Assembly (NCBI GenBank): GCA_043228905.1
Contig: JBHGNT010000162.1
Location: 1-63,298, forward strand
Reading direction: 5' to 3'
DNA length: 63,298 nt
Source: Azolla caroliniana
Lineage: Eukaryota; Plantae; Polypodiophyta
The first letter of the stretch is position 1, and each line of letters opens with the position of its first letter. This document shows positions 9,821 to 22,626 of this stretch, in pieces. The notes beneath the pieces were generated by a model. It did no database searches and had not been told where the DNA came from. It worked only from the letters and a program-made list of their open reading frames with translations. Both the position numbers and the translations under genes were made by a program.

Positions 9821-10322
9821 CACATTAAACTAGCACGCGCTAGTGCCGAGACACTAAGCACGCGGAGGCTACTGCGGGACGAGTGGTGGCTCCCGAGTGT
9901 GCTACATCGATGAACGTAGATAGACCGGTGTCCGTACTCGCTCGTTCGGACGAGGGGTTGGTAACGACGACGACAAGGAAAGCTAACCGGACTACCACAC
10001 TAGGAGTGTCCTATCGGGCAAGTGTGGAAGCAAGTTCACATTCGCCGCGTGTACAAGTTGACCTTAGCCGTTGCCGTGGCGTGTGCGGTATGGGTGGGTG
10101 TTCCGCTTTGATGTTTTTTTTCCGTTTGGGTGGTTTGCGGTCCCTATAGGCAAATTCTATACGTTGGTGGTCGTGTCTACGTTCGTGTTGGAGGGACGTT
10201 GGTGCTCGTGTTTACGTTCGTGTGGGTGTAATGCGCGATTGGGGAGACGCACTTGTTCGTAAACACTTACGAGAAATTAGAGAGAGACCACGAGAATAAT
10301 TTGAACAAGGTTTATGTACTAT

Positions 10323-11085
10323 TTAGAAGCGACGAATACAAGCACGAGGGCGAAGATCGCACTGTTGGAGTAGGCGGGAGGCGGCGACGCCTAGAGCTCT
10401 TTCCTCGTCATCGGCCTTGAATTGGCGACGTTGTTGACGTTCGTCCTCTTGTCGTCGAGACATGCGGTGGCGGCGTTCGTCACCCTCTCTGGCGCTCCTC
10501 GTCCTCTTCCTCCCAGCTACGGTGTTCCCTTGATTGTTGGCCATGGCGTCGGCCTTCATCATTGCGTCGTTCCTCCTCGTCAGCATACAAGGCATCACGT
10601 AGGCGATCGCATCGATCTTCGGCGGGGATTCGTTCGACGTTCCTGCAGCAGCGTTCCGAGGGTCTTGAGTATCGAGTGTTTTCGATCCATGGGGAGCGAC
10701 GTCCTTGTTCACCTTCCTCTCTTTCGGAGCGCTCTTGTAGCTCTCGGATCCGCTTGTCGATGAAATCACCGCACTCTCGCCTCAGTTCCTCGTCACGTGG
10801 CTCATCGCGACCACGGCTACGACGTTCCCTTTCCTCTTCGGAGTCTCTCTTGTTGTCTCTGTAGCGGCGCCCCTCCTCAAGGAACCCCTCACGACGTCGC
10901 TCGCGCCTCTCGTCATCGCACTCCCCCTCTCGGCGTCGGTCGCGCCTCTCCTCGTCAATGTCTCCCTCACGACGTCGATCGCGTCGCTCCTCTTCACGGT
11001 CCCGCCCTACAGACCTAGCATTGGCCGCGGTACACGCGGCGAGCATGATCACGGCCATGAGGAATACGGAAGTAAGCTTTGCCAT
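10323..11085 (-). pseudogene. 2S albumin-like gene, copy 2, frameshifted by a 23-bp deletion (201-aa product)
   Basis: Deletion between CTCTC microhomologies at about 10489. ORF 10480-11085 loses the last two Cys. Confidence 0.9.
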
Positions 11086-11951
11086 TGCGATTGTCCTTAT
11101 GATCCCGGTGCTTGTCTCCTAATGGATTGTATTGACATTGCTCCCTCCACCTTTAATATATACACATGGCCATGCAATCAGAGCACATGCATGTCACTCA
11201 CCACTCCCATTACCATAACGTGTGTGTCCCTGCGTACAACTCTTGCCCAAGACCCATACCAACTAGTCCACCCTCCCACACGTCTAGGCTAGTCCTAGGT
11301 GTCGTATTGTCACCAGACAATCTGGGCGCAACCTGTGGCGGGTACTCCTCCTCCTCCTCGCGCGAGAGCTTGTCGAGCAACATAACATTTATACATACGT
11401 AGGTAGATGTGCGCACTCGCGCGTGCGCGTAGGGGTGTGCGGGCACGTGCACATTAAACTAGCACGCGCTAGTGCCGAGACACTAAGCACGCGGAGGCTA
11501 CTGCGGGACGAGTGGTGGCTCCCGAGTGTGCTACATCGATGAACGTAGATAGACCGGTGTCCGTACTCGCTCGTTCGGACGAGGGGTTGGTAACGACGAC
11601 GACAAGGAAAGCTAACCGGACTACCACACTAGGAGTGTCCTATCGGGCAAGTGTGGAAGCAAGTTCACATTCGCCGCGTGTACAAGTTGACCTTAGCCGT
11701 TGCCGTGGCGTGTGCGGTATGGGTGGGTGTTCCGCTTTGATGTTTTTTTTCCGTTTGGGTGGTTTGCGGTCCCTATAGGGAAATTCTATACGTTGGTGGT
11801 CGTGTCTACGTTCGTGTTGGAGGGACGTTGGTGCTCGTGTTTACGTTCGTGTGGGTGTAATGCGCGATTGGGGAGACGCACTTGTTCGTAAACACTTACG
11901 AGAAATTAGAGAGAGACCACGAGAATAATTTGAACAAGGTTTATGTACTAT

Positions 11952-12714
11952 TTAGAAGCGACGAATACAAGCACGAGGGCGAAGATCGCACTGTTGGAGT
12001 AGGCGGGAGGCGGCGACGCCTAGAGCTCTTTCCTCGTCATCGGCCTTGAATTGGCGACGTTGTTGACGTTCGTCCTCTTGTCGTCGAGACATGCGGTGGC
12101 GGCGTTCGTCACCCTCTCTGGCGCTCCTCGTCCTCTTCCTCCCAGCTACGGTGTTCCCTTGATTGTTGGCCATGGCGTCGGCCTTCATCATTGCGTCGTT
12201 CCTCCTCGTCAGCATACAAGGCATCACGTAGGCGATCGCATCGATCTTCGGCGGGGATTCGTTCGACGTTCCTGCAGCAGCGTTCCGAGGGTCTTGAGTA
12301 TCGAGTGTTTTCGATCCATGGGGAGCGACGTCCTTGTTCACCTTCCTCTCTTTCGGAGCGCTCTTGTAGCTCTCGGATCCGCTTGTCGATGAAATCACCG
12401 CACTCTCGCCTCAGTTCCTCGTCACGTGGCTCATCGCGACCACGGCTACGACGTTCCCTTTCCTCTTCGGAGTCTCTCTTGTTGTCTCTGTAGCGGCGCC
12501 CCTCCTCAAGGAACCCCTCACGACGTCGCTCGCGCCTCTCGTCATCGCACTCCCCCTCTCGGCGTCGGTCGCGCCTCTCCTCGTCAATGTCTCCCTCACG
12601 ACGTCGATCGCGTCGCTCCTCTTCACGGTCCCGCCCTACAGACCTAGCATTGGCCGCGGTACACGCGGCGAGCATGATCACGGCCATGAGGAATACGGAA
12701 GTAAGCTTTGCCAT
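11952..12714 (-). pseudogene. 2S albumin-like gene, copy 3, same 23-bp deletion
   Basis: Identical lesion at about 12118; ORF 12109-12714 is 201 aa. Confidence 0.9.
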
Positions 12715-13580
12715 TGCGATTGTCCTTATGATCCCGGTGCTTGTCTCCTAATGGATTGTATTGACATTGCTCCCTCCACCTTTAATATATACACATGGCC
12801 ATGCAATCAGAGCACATGCATGTCACTCACCACTCCCATTACCATAACGTGTGTGTCCCTGCGTACAACTCTTGCCCAAGACCCATACCAACTAGTCCAC
12901 CCTCCCACACGTCTAGGCTAGTCCTAGGTGTCGTATTGTCACCAGACAATCTGGGCGCAACCTGTGGCGGGTACTCCTCCTCCTCCTCGCGCGAGAGCTT
13001 GTCGAGCAACATAACATTTATACATACGTAGGTAGATGTGCGCACTCGCGCGTGCGCGTAGGGGTGTGCGGGCACGTGCACATTAAACTAGCACGCGCTA
13101 GTGCCGAGACACTAAGCACGCGGAGGCTACTGCGGGACGAGTGGTGGCTCCCGAGTGTGCTACATCGATGAACGTAGATAGACCGGTGTCCGTACTCGCT
13201 CGTTCGGACGAGGGGTTGGTAACGACGACGACAAGGAAAGCTAACCGGACTACCACACTAGGAGTGTCCTATCGGGCAAGTGTGGAAGCAAGTTCACATT
13301 CGCCGCGTGTACAAGTTGACCTTAGCCGTTGCCGTGGCGTGTGCGGTATGGGTGGGTGTTCCGCTTTGATGTTTTTTTTCCGTTTGGGTGGTTTGCGGTC
13401 CCTATAGGCAAATTCTATACGTTGGTGGTCGTGTCTACGTTCGTGTTGGAGGGACGTTGGTGCTCGTGTTTACGTTCGTGTGGGTGTAATGCGCGATTGG
13501 GGAGACGCACTTGTTCGTAAACACTTACGAGAAATTAGAGAGAGACCACGAGAATAATTTGAACAAGGTTTATGTACTAT

Positions 13581-14366
13581 TTAGAAGCGACGAATACAAG
13601 CACGAGGGCGAAGATCGCACTGTTGGAGTAGGCGGGAGGCGGCGACGCCTAGAGCTCTTTCCTCGTCATCGGCCTTGAATTGGCGACGTTGTTGACGTTC
13701 GTCCTCTTGTCGTCGAGACATGCGGTGGCGGCGTTCGTCACCCTCTCGTCGCTCACGGCTGCTATCTCTCTCGCGCTCCTCGTCCTCTTCCTCCCAGCTA
13801 CGGTGTTCCCTTGATTGTTGGCCATGGCGTCGGCCTTCATCATTGCGTCGTTCCTCCTCGTCAGCATACAAGGCATCACGTAGGCGATCGCATCGATCTT
13901 CGGCGGGGATTCGTTCGACGTTCCTGCAGCACCGTTCCGAGGGTCTTGAGTATCGAGTGTTTTCGATCCATGGGGAGCGACGTCCTTGTTCACCTTCCTC
14001 TCTTTCGGAGCGCTCTTGTAGCTCTCGGATCTGCTTGTCGATGAAATCACCGCACTCTCGCCTCAGTTCCTCGTCACGTGGCTCATCGCGACCACGGCTA
14101 CGACGTTCCCTTTCCTCTTCGGAGTCTCTCTTGTTGTCTCTGTAGCGGCGCCCCTCCTCAAGGAACCCCTCACGACGTCGCTCGCGCCTCTCGTCATCGC
14201 ACTCCCCCTCTCGGCGTCGGTCGCGCCTCTCCTCGTCAATGTCTCCCTCACGACGTCGATCGCGTCGCTCCTCTTCACGGTCCCGCCCTACAGACCTAGC
14301 ATTGGCCGCGGTACACGCGGCGAGCATGATCACGGCCATGAGGAATACGGAAGTAAGCTTTGCCAT
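13581..14366 (-). CDS. 2S albumin-like storage protein, copy 4
   Basis: Intact 261-aa ORF, Q112 consensus type. Confidence 0.85.
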   Translation of the reverse strand: MAKLTSVFLMAVIMLAACTAANARSVGRDREEERRDRRREGDIDEERRDRRREGECDDERRERRREGFLEEGRRYRDNKRDSEEERERRSRGRDEPRDEELRRECGDFIDKQIRELQERSEREEGEQGRRSPWIENTRYSRPSERCCRNVERIPAEDRCDRLRDALYADEEERRNDEGRRHGQQSREHRSWEEEDEERERDSSRERREGDERRHRMSRRQEDERQQRRQFKADDEERALGVAASRLLQQCDLRPRACIRRF

Positions 14367-15232
14367 TGCGATTGTCCTTATGATCCCGGTGCTTGTCTCC
14401 TAATGGATTGTATTGACATTGCTCCCTCCACCTTTAATATATACACATGGCCATGCAATCAGAGCACATGCATGTCACTCACCACTCCCATTACCATAAC
14501 GTGTGTGTCCCTGCGTACAACTCTTGCCCAAGACCCATACCAACTAGTCCACCCTCCCACACGTCTAGGCTAGTCCTAGGTGTCGTATTGTCACCAGACA
14601 ATCTGGGCGCAACCTGTGGCGGGTACTCCTCCTCCTCCTCGCGCGAGAGCTTGTCGAGCAACATAACATTTATACATACGTAGGTAGATGTGCGCACTCG
14701 CGCGTGCGCGTAGGGGTGTGCGGGCACGTGCACATTAAACTAGCACGCGCTAGTGCCGAGACACTAAGCACGCGGAGGCTACTGCGGGACGAGTGGTGGC
14801 TCCCGAGTGTGCTACATCGATGAACGTAGATAGACCGGTGTCCGTACTCGCTCGTTCGGACGAGGGGTTGGTAACGACGACGACAAGGAAAGCTAACCGG
14901 ACTACCACACTAGGAGTGTCCTATCGGGCAAGTGTGGAAGCAAGTTCACATTCGCCGCGTGTACAAGTTGACCTTAGCCGTTGCCGTGGCGTGTGCGGTA
15001 TGGGTGGGTGTTCCGCTTTGATGTTTTTTTTCCGTTTGGGTGGTTTGCGGTCCCTATAGGCAAATTCTATACGTTGGTGGTCGTGTCTACGTTCGTGTTG
15101 GAGGGACGTTGGTGCTCGTGTTTACGTTCGTGTGGGTGTAATGCGCGATTGGGGAGACGCACTTGTTCGTAAACACTTACGAGAAATTAGAGAGAGACCA
15201 CGAGAATAATTTGAACAAGGTTTATGTACTAT

Positions 15233-16018
15233 TTAGAAGCGACGAATACAAGCACGAGGGCGAAGATCGCACTGTTGGAGTAGGCGGGAGGCGGCGACGC
15301 CTAGAGCTCTTTCCTCGTCATCGGCCTTGAATTGGCGACGTTGTTGACGTTCGTCCTCTTGTCGTCGAGACATGCGGTGGCGGCGTTCGTCACCCTCTCG
15401 TCGCTCACGGCTGCTATCTCTCTCGCGCTCCTCGTCCTCTTCCTCCCAGCTACGGTGTTCCCTTGATTGTTGGCCATGGCGTCGGCCTTCATCATTGCGT
15501 CGTTCCTCCTCGTCAGCATACAAGGCATCACGTAGGCGATCGCATCGATCTTCGGCGGGGATTCGTTCGACGTTCCTGCAGCACCGTTCCGAGGGTCTTG
15601 AGTATCGAGTGTTTTCGATCCATGGGGAGCGACGTCCTTGTTCACCTTCCTCTCTTTCGGAGCGCTCTTGTAGCTCTCGGATCTGCTTGTCGATGAAATC
15701 ACCGCACTCTCGCCTCAGTTCCTCGTCACGTGGCTCATCGCGACCACGGCTACGACGTTCCCTTTCCTCTTCGGAGTCTCTCTTGTTGTCTCTGTAGCGG
15801 CGCCCCTCCTCAAGGAACCCCTCACGACGTCGCTCGCGCCTCTCGTCATCGCACTCCCCCTCTCGGCGTCGGTCGCGCCTCTCCTCGTCAATGTCTCCCT
15901 CACGACGTCGATCGCGTCGCTCCTCTTCACGGTCCCGCCCTACAGACCTAGCATTGGCCGCGGTACACGCGGCGAGCATGATCACGGCCATGAGGAATAC
16001 GGAAGTAAGCTTTGCCAT
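15233..16018 (-). CDS. 2S albumin-like storage protein, copy 5
   Basis: Intact 261-aa ORF, consensus protein. Confidence 0.85.
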   Translation of the reverse strand: MAKLTSVFLMAVIMLAACTAANARSVGRDREEERRDRRREGDIDEERRDRRREGECDDERRERRREGFLEEGRRYRDNKRDSEEERERRSRGRDEPRDEELRRECGDFIDKQIRELQERSEREEGEQGRRSPWIENTRYSRPSERCCRNVERIPAEDRCDRLRDALYADEEERRNDEGRRHGQQSREHRSWEEEDEERERDSSRERREGDERRHRMSRRQEDERQQRRQFKADDEERALGVAASRLLQQCDLRPRACIRRF

Positions 16019-16884
16019 TGCGATTGTCCTTATGATCCCGGTGCTTGTCTCCTAATGGATTGTATTGACATTGCTCCCTCCACCTTTAATATATACACAT
16101 GGCCATGCAATCAGAGCACATGCATGTCACTCACCACTCCCATTACCATAACGTGTGTGTCCCTGCGTACAACTCTTGCCCAAGACCCATACCAACTAGT
16201 CCACCCTCCCACACGTCTAGGCTAGTCCTAGGTGTCGTATTGTCACCAGACAATCTGGGCGCAACCTGTGGCGGGTACTCCTCCTCCTCCTCGCGCGAGA
16301 GCTTGTCGAGCAACATAACATTTATACATACGTAGGTAGATGTGCGCACTCGCGCGTGCGCGTAGGGGTGTGCGGGCACGTGCACATTAAACTAGCACGC
16401 GCTAGTGCCGAGACACTAAGCACGCGGAGGCTACTGCGGGACGAGTGGTGGCTCCCGAGTGTGCTACATCGATGAACGTAGATAGACCGGTGTCCGTACT
16501 CGCTCGTTCGGACGAGGGGTTGGTAACGACGACGACAAGGAAAGCTAACCGGACTACCACACTAGGAGTGTCCTATCGGGCAAGTGTGGAAGCAAGTTCA
16601 CATTCGCCGCGTGTACAAGTTGACCTTAGCCGTTGCCGTGGCGTGTGCGGTATGGGTGGGTGTTCCGCTTTGATGTTTTTTTTCCGTTTGGGTGGTTTGC
16701 GGTCCCTATAGGCAAATTCTATACGTTGGTGGTCGTGTCTACGTTCGTGTTGGAGGGACGTTGGTGCTCGTGTTTACGTTCGTGTGGGTGTAATGCGCGA
16801 TTGGGGAGACGCACTTGTTCGTAAACACTTACGAGAAATTAGAGAGAGACCACGAGAATAATTTGAACAAGGTTTATGTACTAT

Positions 16885-17670
16885 TTAGAAGCGACGAATA
16901 CAAGCACGAGGGCGAAGATCGCACTGTTGGAGTAGGCGGGAGGCGGCGACGCCTAGAGCTCTTTCCTCGTCATCGGCCTTGAATTGGCGACGTTGTTGAC
17001 GTTCGTCCTCTTGTCGTCGAGACATGCGGTGGCGGCGTTCGTCACCCTCTCGTCGCTCACGGCTGCTATCTCTCTCGCGCTCCTCGTCCTCTTCCTCCCA
17101 GCTACGGTGTTCCCTTGATTGTTGGCCATGGCGTCGGCCTTCATCATTGCGTCGTTCCTCCTCGTCAGCATACAAGGCATCACGTAGGCGATCGCATCGA
17201 TCTTCGGCGGGGATTCGTTCGACGTTCCTGCAGCACCGTTCCGAGGGTCTTGAGTATCGAGTGTTTTCGATCCATGGGGAGCGACGTCCTTGTTCACCTT
17301 CCTCTCTTTCGGAGCGCTCTTGTAGCTCTCGGATCTGCTTGTCGATGAAATCACCGCACTCTCGCCTCAGTTCCTCGTCACGTGGCTCATCGCGACCACG
17401 GCTACGACGTTCCCTTTCCTCTTCGGAGTCTCTCTTGTTGTCTCTGTAGCGGCGCCCCTCCTCAAGGAACCCCTCACGACGTCGCTCGCGCCTCTCGTCA
17501 TCGCACTCCCCCTCTCGGCGTCGGTCGCGCCTCTCCTCGTCAATGTCTCCCTCACGACGTCGATCGCGTCGCTCCTCTTCACGGTCCCGCCCTACAGACC
17601 TAGCATTGGCCGCGGTACACGCGGCGAGCATGATCACGGCCATGAGGAATACGGAAGTAAGCTTTGCCAT
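16885..17670 (-). CDS. 2S albumin-like storage protein, copy 6
   Basis: Intact 261-aa ORF, consensus protein. Confidence 0.85.
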   Translation of the reverse strand: MAKLTSVFLMAVIMLAACTAANARSVGRDREEERRDRRREGDIDEERRDRRREGECDDERRERRREGFLEEGRRYRDNKRDSEEERERRSRGRDEPRDEELRRECGDFIDKQIRELQERSEREEGEQGRRSPWIENTRYSRPSERCCRNVERIPAEDRCDRLRDALYADEEERRNDEGRRHGQQSREHRSWEEEDEERERDSSRERREGDERRHRMSRRQEDERQQRRQFKADDEERALGVAASRLLQQCDLRPRACIRRF

Positions 17671-18536
17671 TGCGATTGTCCTTATGATCCCGGTGCTTGT
17701 CTCCTAATGGATTGTATTGACATTGCTCCCTCCACCTTTAATATATACACATGGCCATGCAATCAGAGCACATGCATGTCACTCACCACTCCCATTACCA
17801 TAACGTGTGTGTCCCTGCGTACAACTCTTGCCCAAGACCCATACCAACTAGTCCACCCTCCCACACGTCTAGGCTAGTCCTAGGTGTCGTATTGTCACCA
17901 GACAATCTGGGCGCAACCTGTGGCGGGTACTCCTCCTCCTCCTCGCGCGAGAGCTTGTCGAGCAACATAACATTTATACATACGTAGGTAGATGTGCGCA
18001 CTCGCGCGTGCGCGTAGGGGTGTGCGGGCACGTGCACATTAAACTAGCACGCGCTAGTGCCGAGACACTAAGCACGCGGAGGCTACTGCGGGACGAGTGG
18101 TGGCTCCCGAGTGTGCTACATCGATGAACGTAGATAGACCGGTGTCCGTACTCGCTCGTTCGGACGAGGGGTTGGTAACGACGACGACAAGGAAAGCTAA
18201 CCGGACTACCACACTAGGAGTGTCCTATCGGGCAAGTGTGGAAGCAAGTTCACATTCGCCGCGTGTACAAGTTGACCTTAGCCGTTGCCGTGGCGTGTGC
18301 GGTATGGGTGGGTGTTCCGCTTTGATGTTTTTTTTCCGTTTGGGTGGTTTGCGGTCCCTATAGGCAAATTCTATACGTTGGTGGTCGTGTCTACGTTCGT
18401 GTTGGAGGGACGTTGGTGCTCGTGTTTACGTTCGTGTGGGTGTAATGCGCGATTGGGGAGACGCACTTGTTCGTAAACACTTACGAGAAATTAGAGAGAG
18501 ACCACGAGAATAATTTGAACAAGGTTTATGTACTAT

Positions 18537-19322
18537 TTAGAAGCGACGAATACAAGCACGAGGGCGAAGATCGCACTGTTGGAGTAGGCGGGAGGCGGCG
18601 ACGCCTAGAGCTCTTTCCTCGTCATCGGCCTTGAATTGGCGACGTTGTTGACGTTCGTCCTCTTGTCGTCGAGACATGCGGTGGCGGCGTTCGTCACCCT
18701 CTCGTCGCTCACGGCTGCTATCTCTCTCGCGCTCCTCGTCCTCTTCCTCCCAGCTACGGTGTTCCCTTGATTGTTGGCCATGGCGTCGGCCTTCATCATT
18801 GCGTCGTTCCTCCTCGTCAGCATACAAGGCATCACGTAGGCGATCGCATCGATCTTCGGCGGGGATTCGTTCGACGTTCCTGCAGCACCGTTCCGAGGGT
18901 CTTGAGTATCGAGTGTTTTCGATCCATGGGGAGCGACGTCCTTGTTCACCTTCCTCTCTTTCGGAGCGCTCTTGTAGCTCTCGGATCTGCTTGTCGATGA
19001 AATCACCGCACTCTCGCCTCAGTTCCTCGTCACGTGGCTCATCGCGACCACGGCTACGACGTTCCCTTTCCTCTTCGGAGTCTCTCTTGTTGTCTCTGTA
19101 GCGGCGCCCCTCCTCAAGGAACCCCTCACGACGTCGCTCGCGCCTCTCGTCATCGCACTCCCCCTCTCGGCGTCGGTCGCGCCTCTCCTCGTCAATGTCT
19201 CCCTCACGACGTCGATCGCGTCGCTCCTCTTCACGGTCCCGCCCTACAGACCTAGCATTGGCCGCGGTACACGCGGCGAGCATGATCACGGCCATGAGGA
19301 ATACGGAAGTAAGCTTTGCCAT
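18537..19322 (-). CDS. 2S albumin-like storage protein, copy 7
   Basis: Intact 261-aa ORF, consensus protein. Confidence 0.85.
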   Translation of the reverse strand: MAKLTSVFLMAVIMLAACTAANARSVGRDREEERRDRRREGDIDEERRDRRREGECDDERRERRREGFLEEGRRYRDNKRDSEEERERRSRGRDEPRDEELRRECGDFIDKQIRELQERSEREEGEQGRRSPWIENTRYSRPSERCCRNVERIPAEDRCDRLRDALYADEEERRNDEGRRHGQQSREHRSWEEEDEERERDSSRERREGDERRHRMSRRQEDERQQRRQFKADDEERALGVAASRLLQQCDLRPRACIRRF

Positions 19323-20188
19323 TGCGATTGTCCTTATGATCCCGGTGCTTGTCTCCTAATGGATTGTATTGACATTGCTCCCTCCACCTTTAATATATAC
19401 ACATGGCCATGCAATCAGAGCACATGCATGTCACTCACCACTCCCATTACCATAACGTGTGTGTCCCTGCGTACAACTCTTGCCCAAGACCCATACCAAC
19501 TAGTCCACCCTCCCACACGTCTAGGCTAGTCCTAGGTGTCGTATTGTCACCAGACAATCTGGGCGCAACCTGTGGCGGGTACTCCTCCTCCTCCTCGCGC
19601 GAGAGCTTGTCGAGCAACATAACATCTATACATACGTAGGTAGATGTGCGCACTCGCGCGTGCGCGTAGGGGTGTGCGGGCACGTGCACATTAAACTAGC
19701 ACGCGCTAGTGCCGAGACACTAAGCACGCGGAGGCTACTGCGGGACGAGTGGTGGCTCCCGAGTGTGCTACATCGATGAACGTAGATAGACCGGTGTCCG
19801 TACTCGCTCGTTCGGACGAGGGGTTGGTAACGACGACGACAAGGAAAGCTAACCGGACTACCACACTAGGAGTGTCCTATCGGGCAAGTGTGGAAGCAAG
19901 TTCACATTCGCCGCGTGTACAAGTTGACCTTAGCCGTTGCCGTGGCGTGTGCGGTATGGGTGGGTGTTCCGCTTTGATGTTTTTTTTCCGTTTGGGTGGT
20001 TTGCGGTCCCTATAGGCAAATTCTATACGTTGGTGGTCGTGTCTACGTTCGTGTTGGAGGGACGTTGGTGCTCGTGTTTACGTTCGTGTGGGTGTAATGC
20101 GCGATTGGGGAGACGCACTTGTTCGTAAACACTTACGAGAAATTAGAGAGAGACCACGAGAATAATTTGAACAAGGTTTATGTACTAT

Positions 20189-20974
20189 TTAGAAGCGACG
20201 AATACAAGCACGAGGGCGAAGATCGCACTGTTGGAGTAGGCGGGAGGCGGCGACGCCTAGAGCTCTTTCCTCGTCATCGGCCTTGAATTGGCGACGTTGT
20301 TGACGTTCGTCCTCTTGTCGTCGAGACATGCGGTGGCGGCGTTCGTCACCCTCTCGTCGCTCACGGATGCTATCTCTCTCGCGCTCCTCGTCCTCTTCCT
20401 CCCAGCTACGGTGTTCCCTTGATTGTTGGCCATGGCGTCGGCCTTCATCATTGCGTCGTTCCTCCTCGTCAGCATACAAGGCATCACGTAGGCGATCGCA
20501 TCGATCTTCGGCGGGGATTCGTTCGACGTTCCTGCAGCACCGTTCCGAGGGTCTTGAGTATCGAGTGTTTTCGATCCATGGGGAGCGACGTCCTTGTTCA
20601 CCTTCCTCTCTTTCGGAGCGCTCTTGTAGCTCTCGGATCTGCTTGTCGATGAAATCACCGCACTCTCGCCTCAGTTCCTCGTCACGTGGCTCATCGCGAC
20701 CACGGCTACGACGTTCCCTTTCCTCTTCGGAGTCTCTCTTGTTGTCTCTGTAGCGGCGCCCCTCCTCAAGGAACCCCTCACGACGTCGCTCGCGCCTCTC
20801 GTCATCGCACTCCCCCTCTCGGCGTCGGTCGCGCCTCTCCTCGTCAATGTCTCCCTCACGACGTCGATCGCGTCGCTCCTCTTCACGGTCCCGCCCTACA
20901 GACCTAGCATTGGCCGCGGTACACGCGGCGAGCATGATCACGGCCATGAGGAATACGGAAGTAAGCTTTGCCAT
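20189..20974 (-). CDS. 2S albumin-like storage protein, copy 8 (S203I)
   Basis: Intact 261-aa ORF, RDSIRE instead of RDSSRE. Confidence 0.85.
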   Translation of the reverse strand: MAKLTSVFLMAVIMLAACTAANARSVGRDREEERRDRRREGDIDEERRDRRREGECDDERRERRREGFLEEGRRYRDNKRDSEEERERRSRGRDEPRDEELRRECGDFIDKQIRELQERSEREEGEQGRRSPWIENTRYSRPSERCCRNVERIPAEDRCDRLRDALYADEEERRNDEGRRHGQQSREHRSWEEEDEERERDSIRERREGDERRHRMSRRQEDERQQRRQFKADDEERALGVAASRLLQQCDLRPRACIRRF

Positions 20975-21840
20975 TGCGATTGTCCTTATGATCCCGGTGC
21001 TTGTCTCCTAATGGATTGTATTGACATTGCTCCCTCCACCTTTAATATATACACATGGCCATGCAATCAGAGCACATGCATGTCACTCACCACTCCCATT
21101 ACCATAACGTGTGTGTCCCTGCGTACAACTCTTGCCCAAGACCCATACCAACTAGTCCACCCTCCCACACGTCTAGGCTAGTCCTAGGTGTCGTATTGTC
21201 ACCAGACAATCTGGGCGCAACCTGTGGCGGGTACTCCTCCTCCTCCTCGCGCGAGAGCTTGTCGAGCAACATAACATCTATACATACGTAGGTAGATGTG
21301 CGCACTCGCGCGTGCGCGTAGGGGTGTGCGGGCACGTGCACATTAAACTAGCACGCGCTAGTGCCGAGACACTAAGCACGCGGAGGCTACTGCGGGACGA
21401 GTGGTGGCTCCCGAGTGTGCTACATCGATGAACGTAGATAGACCGGTGTCCGTACTCGCTCGTTCGGACGAGGGGTTGGTAACGACGACGACAAGGAAAG
21501 CTAACCGGACTACCACACTAGGAGTGTCCTATCGGGCAAGTGTGGAAGCAAGTTCACATTCGCCGCGTGTACAAGTTGACCTTAGCCGTTGCCGTGGCGT
21601 GTGCGGTATGGGTGGGTGTTCCGCTTTGATGTTTTTTTTCCGTTTGGGTGGTTTGCGGTCCCTATAGGCAAATTCTATACGTTGGTGGTCGTGTCTACGT
21701 TCGTGTTGGAGGGACGTTGGTGCTCGTGTTTACGTTCGTGTGGGTGTAATGCGCGATTGGGGAGACGCACTTGTTCGTAAACACTTACGAGAAATTAGAG
21801 AGAGACCACGAGAATAATTTGAACAAGGTTTATGTACTAT

Positions 21841-22626
21841 TTAGAAGCGACGAATACAAGCACGAGGGCGAAGATCGCACTGTTGGAGTAGGCGGGAGGC
21901 GGCGACGCCTAGAGCTCTTTCCTCGTCATCGGCCTTGAATTGGCGACGTTGTTGACGTTCGTCCTCTTGTCGTCGAGACATGCGGTGGCGGCGTTCGTCA
22001 CCCTCTCGTCGCTCACGGCTGCTATCTCTCTCGCGCTCCTCGTCCTCTTCCTCCCAGCTACGGTGTTCCCTTGATTGTTGGCCATGGCGTCGGCCTTCAT
22101 CATTGCGTCGTTCCTCCTCGTCAGCATACAAGGCATCACGTAGGCGATCGCATCGATCTTCGGCGGGGATTCGTTCGACGTTCCTGCAGCACCGTTCCGA
22201 GGGTCTTGAGTATCGAGTGTTTTCGATCCATGGGGAGCGACGTCCTTGTTCACCTTCCTCTCTTTCGGAGCGCTCTTGTAGCTCTCGGATCTGCTTGTCG
22301 ATGAAATCACCGCACTGTCGCCTCAGTTCCTCGTCACGTGGCTCATCGCGACCACGGCTACGACGTTCCCTTTCCTCTTCGGAGTCTCTCTTGTTGTCTC
22401 TGTAGCGGCGCCCCTCCTCAAGGAACCCCTCACGACGTCGCTCGCGCCTCTCGTCATCGCACTCCCCCTCTCGGCGTCGGTCGCGCCTCTCCTCGTCAAT
22501 GTCTCCCTCACGACGTCGATCGCGTCGCTCCTCTTCACGGTCCCGCCCTACAGACCTAGCATTGGCCGCGGTACACGCGGCGAGCATGATCACGGCCATG
22601 AGGAATACGGAAGTAAGCTTTGCCAT
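21841..22626 (-). CDS. 2S albumin-like storage protein, copy 9 (E104Q)
   Basis: Intact 261-aa ORF, LRRQC instead of LRREC. Confidence 0.85.
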   Translation of the reverse strand: MAKLTSVFLMAVIMLAACTAANARSVGRDREEERRDRRREGDIDEERRDRRREGECDDERRERRREGFLEEGRRYRDNKRDSEEERERRSRGRDEPRDEELRRQCGDFIDKQIRELQERSEREEGEQGRRSPWIENTRYSRPSERCCRNVERIPAEDRCDRLRDALYADEEERRNDEGRRHGQQSREHRSWEEEDEERERDSSRERREGDERRHRMSRRQEDERQQRRQFKADDEERALGVAASRLLQQCDLRPRACIRRF

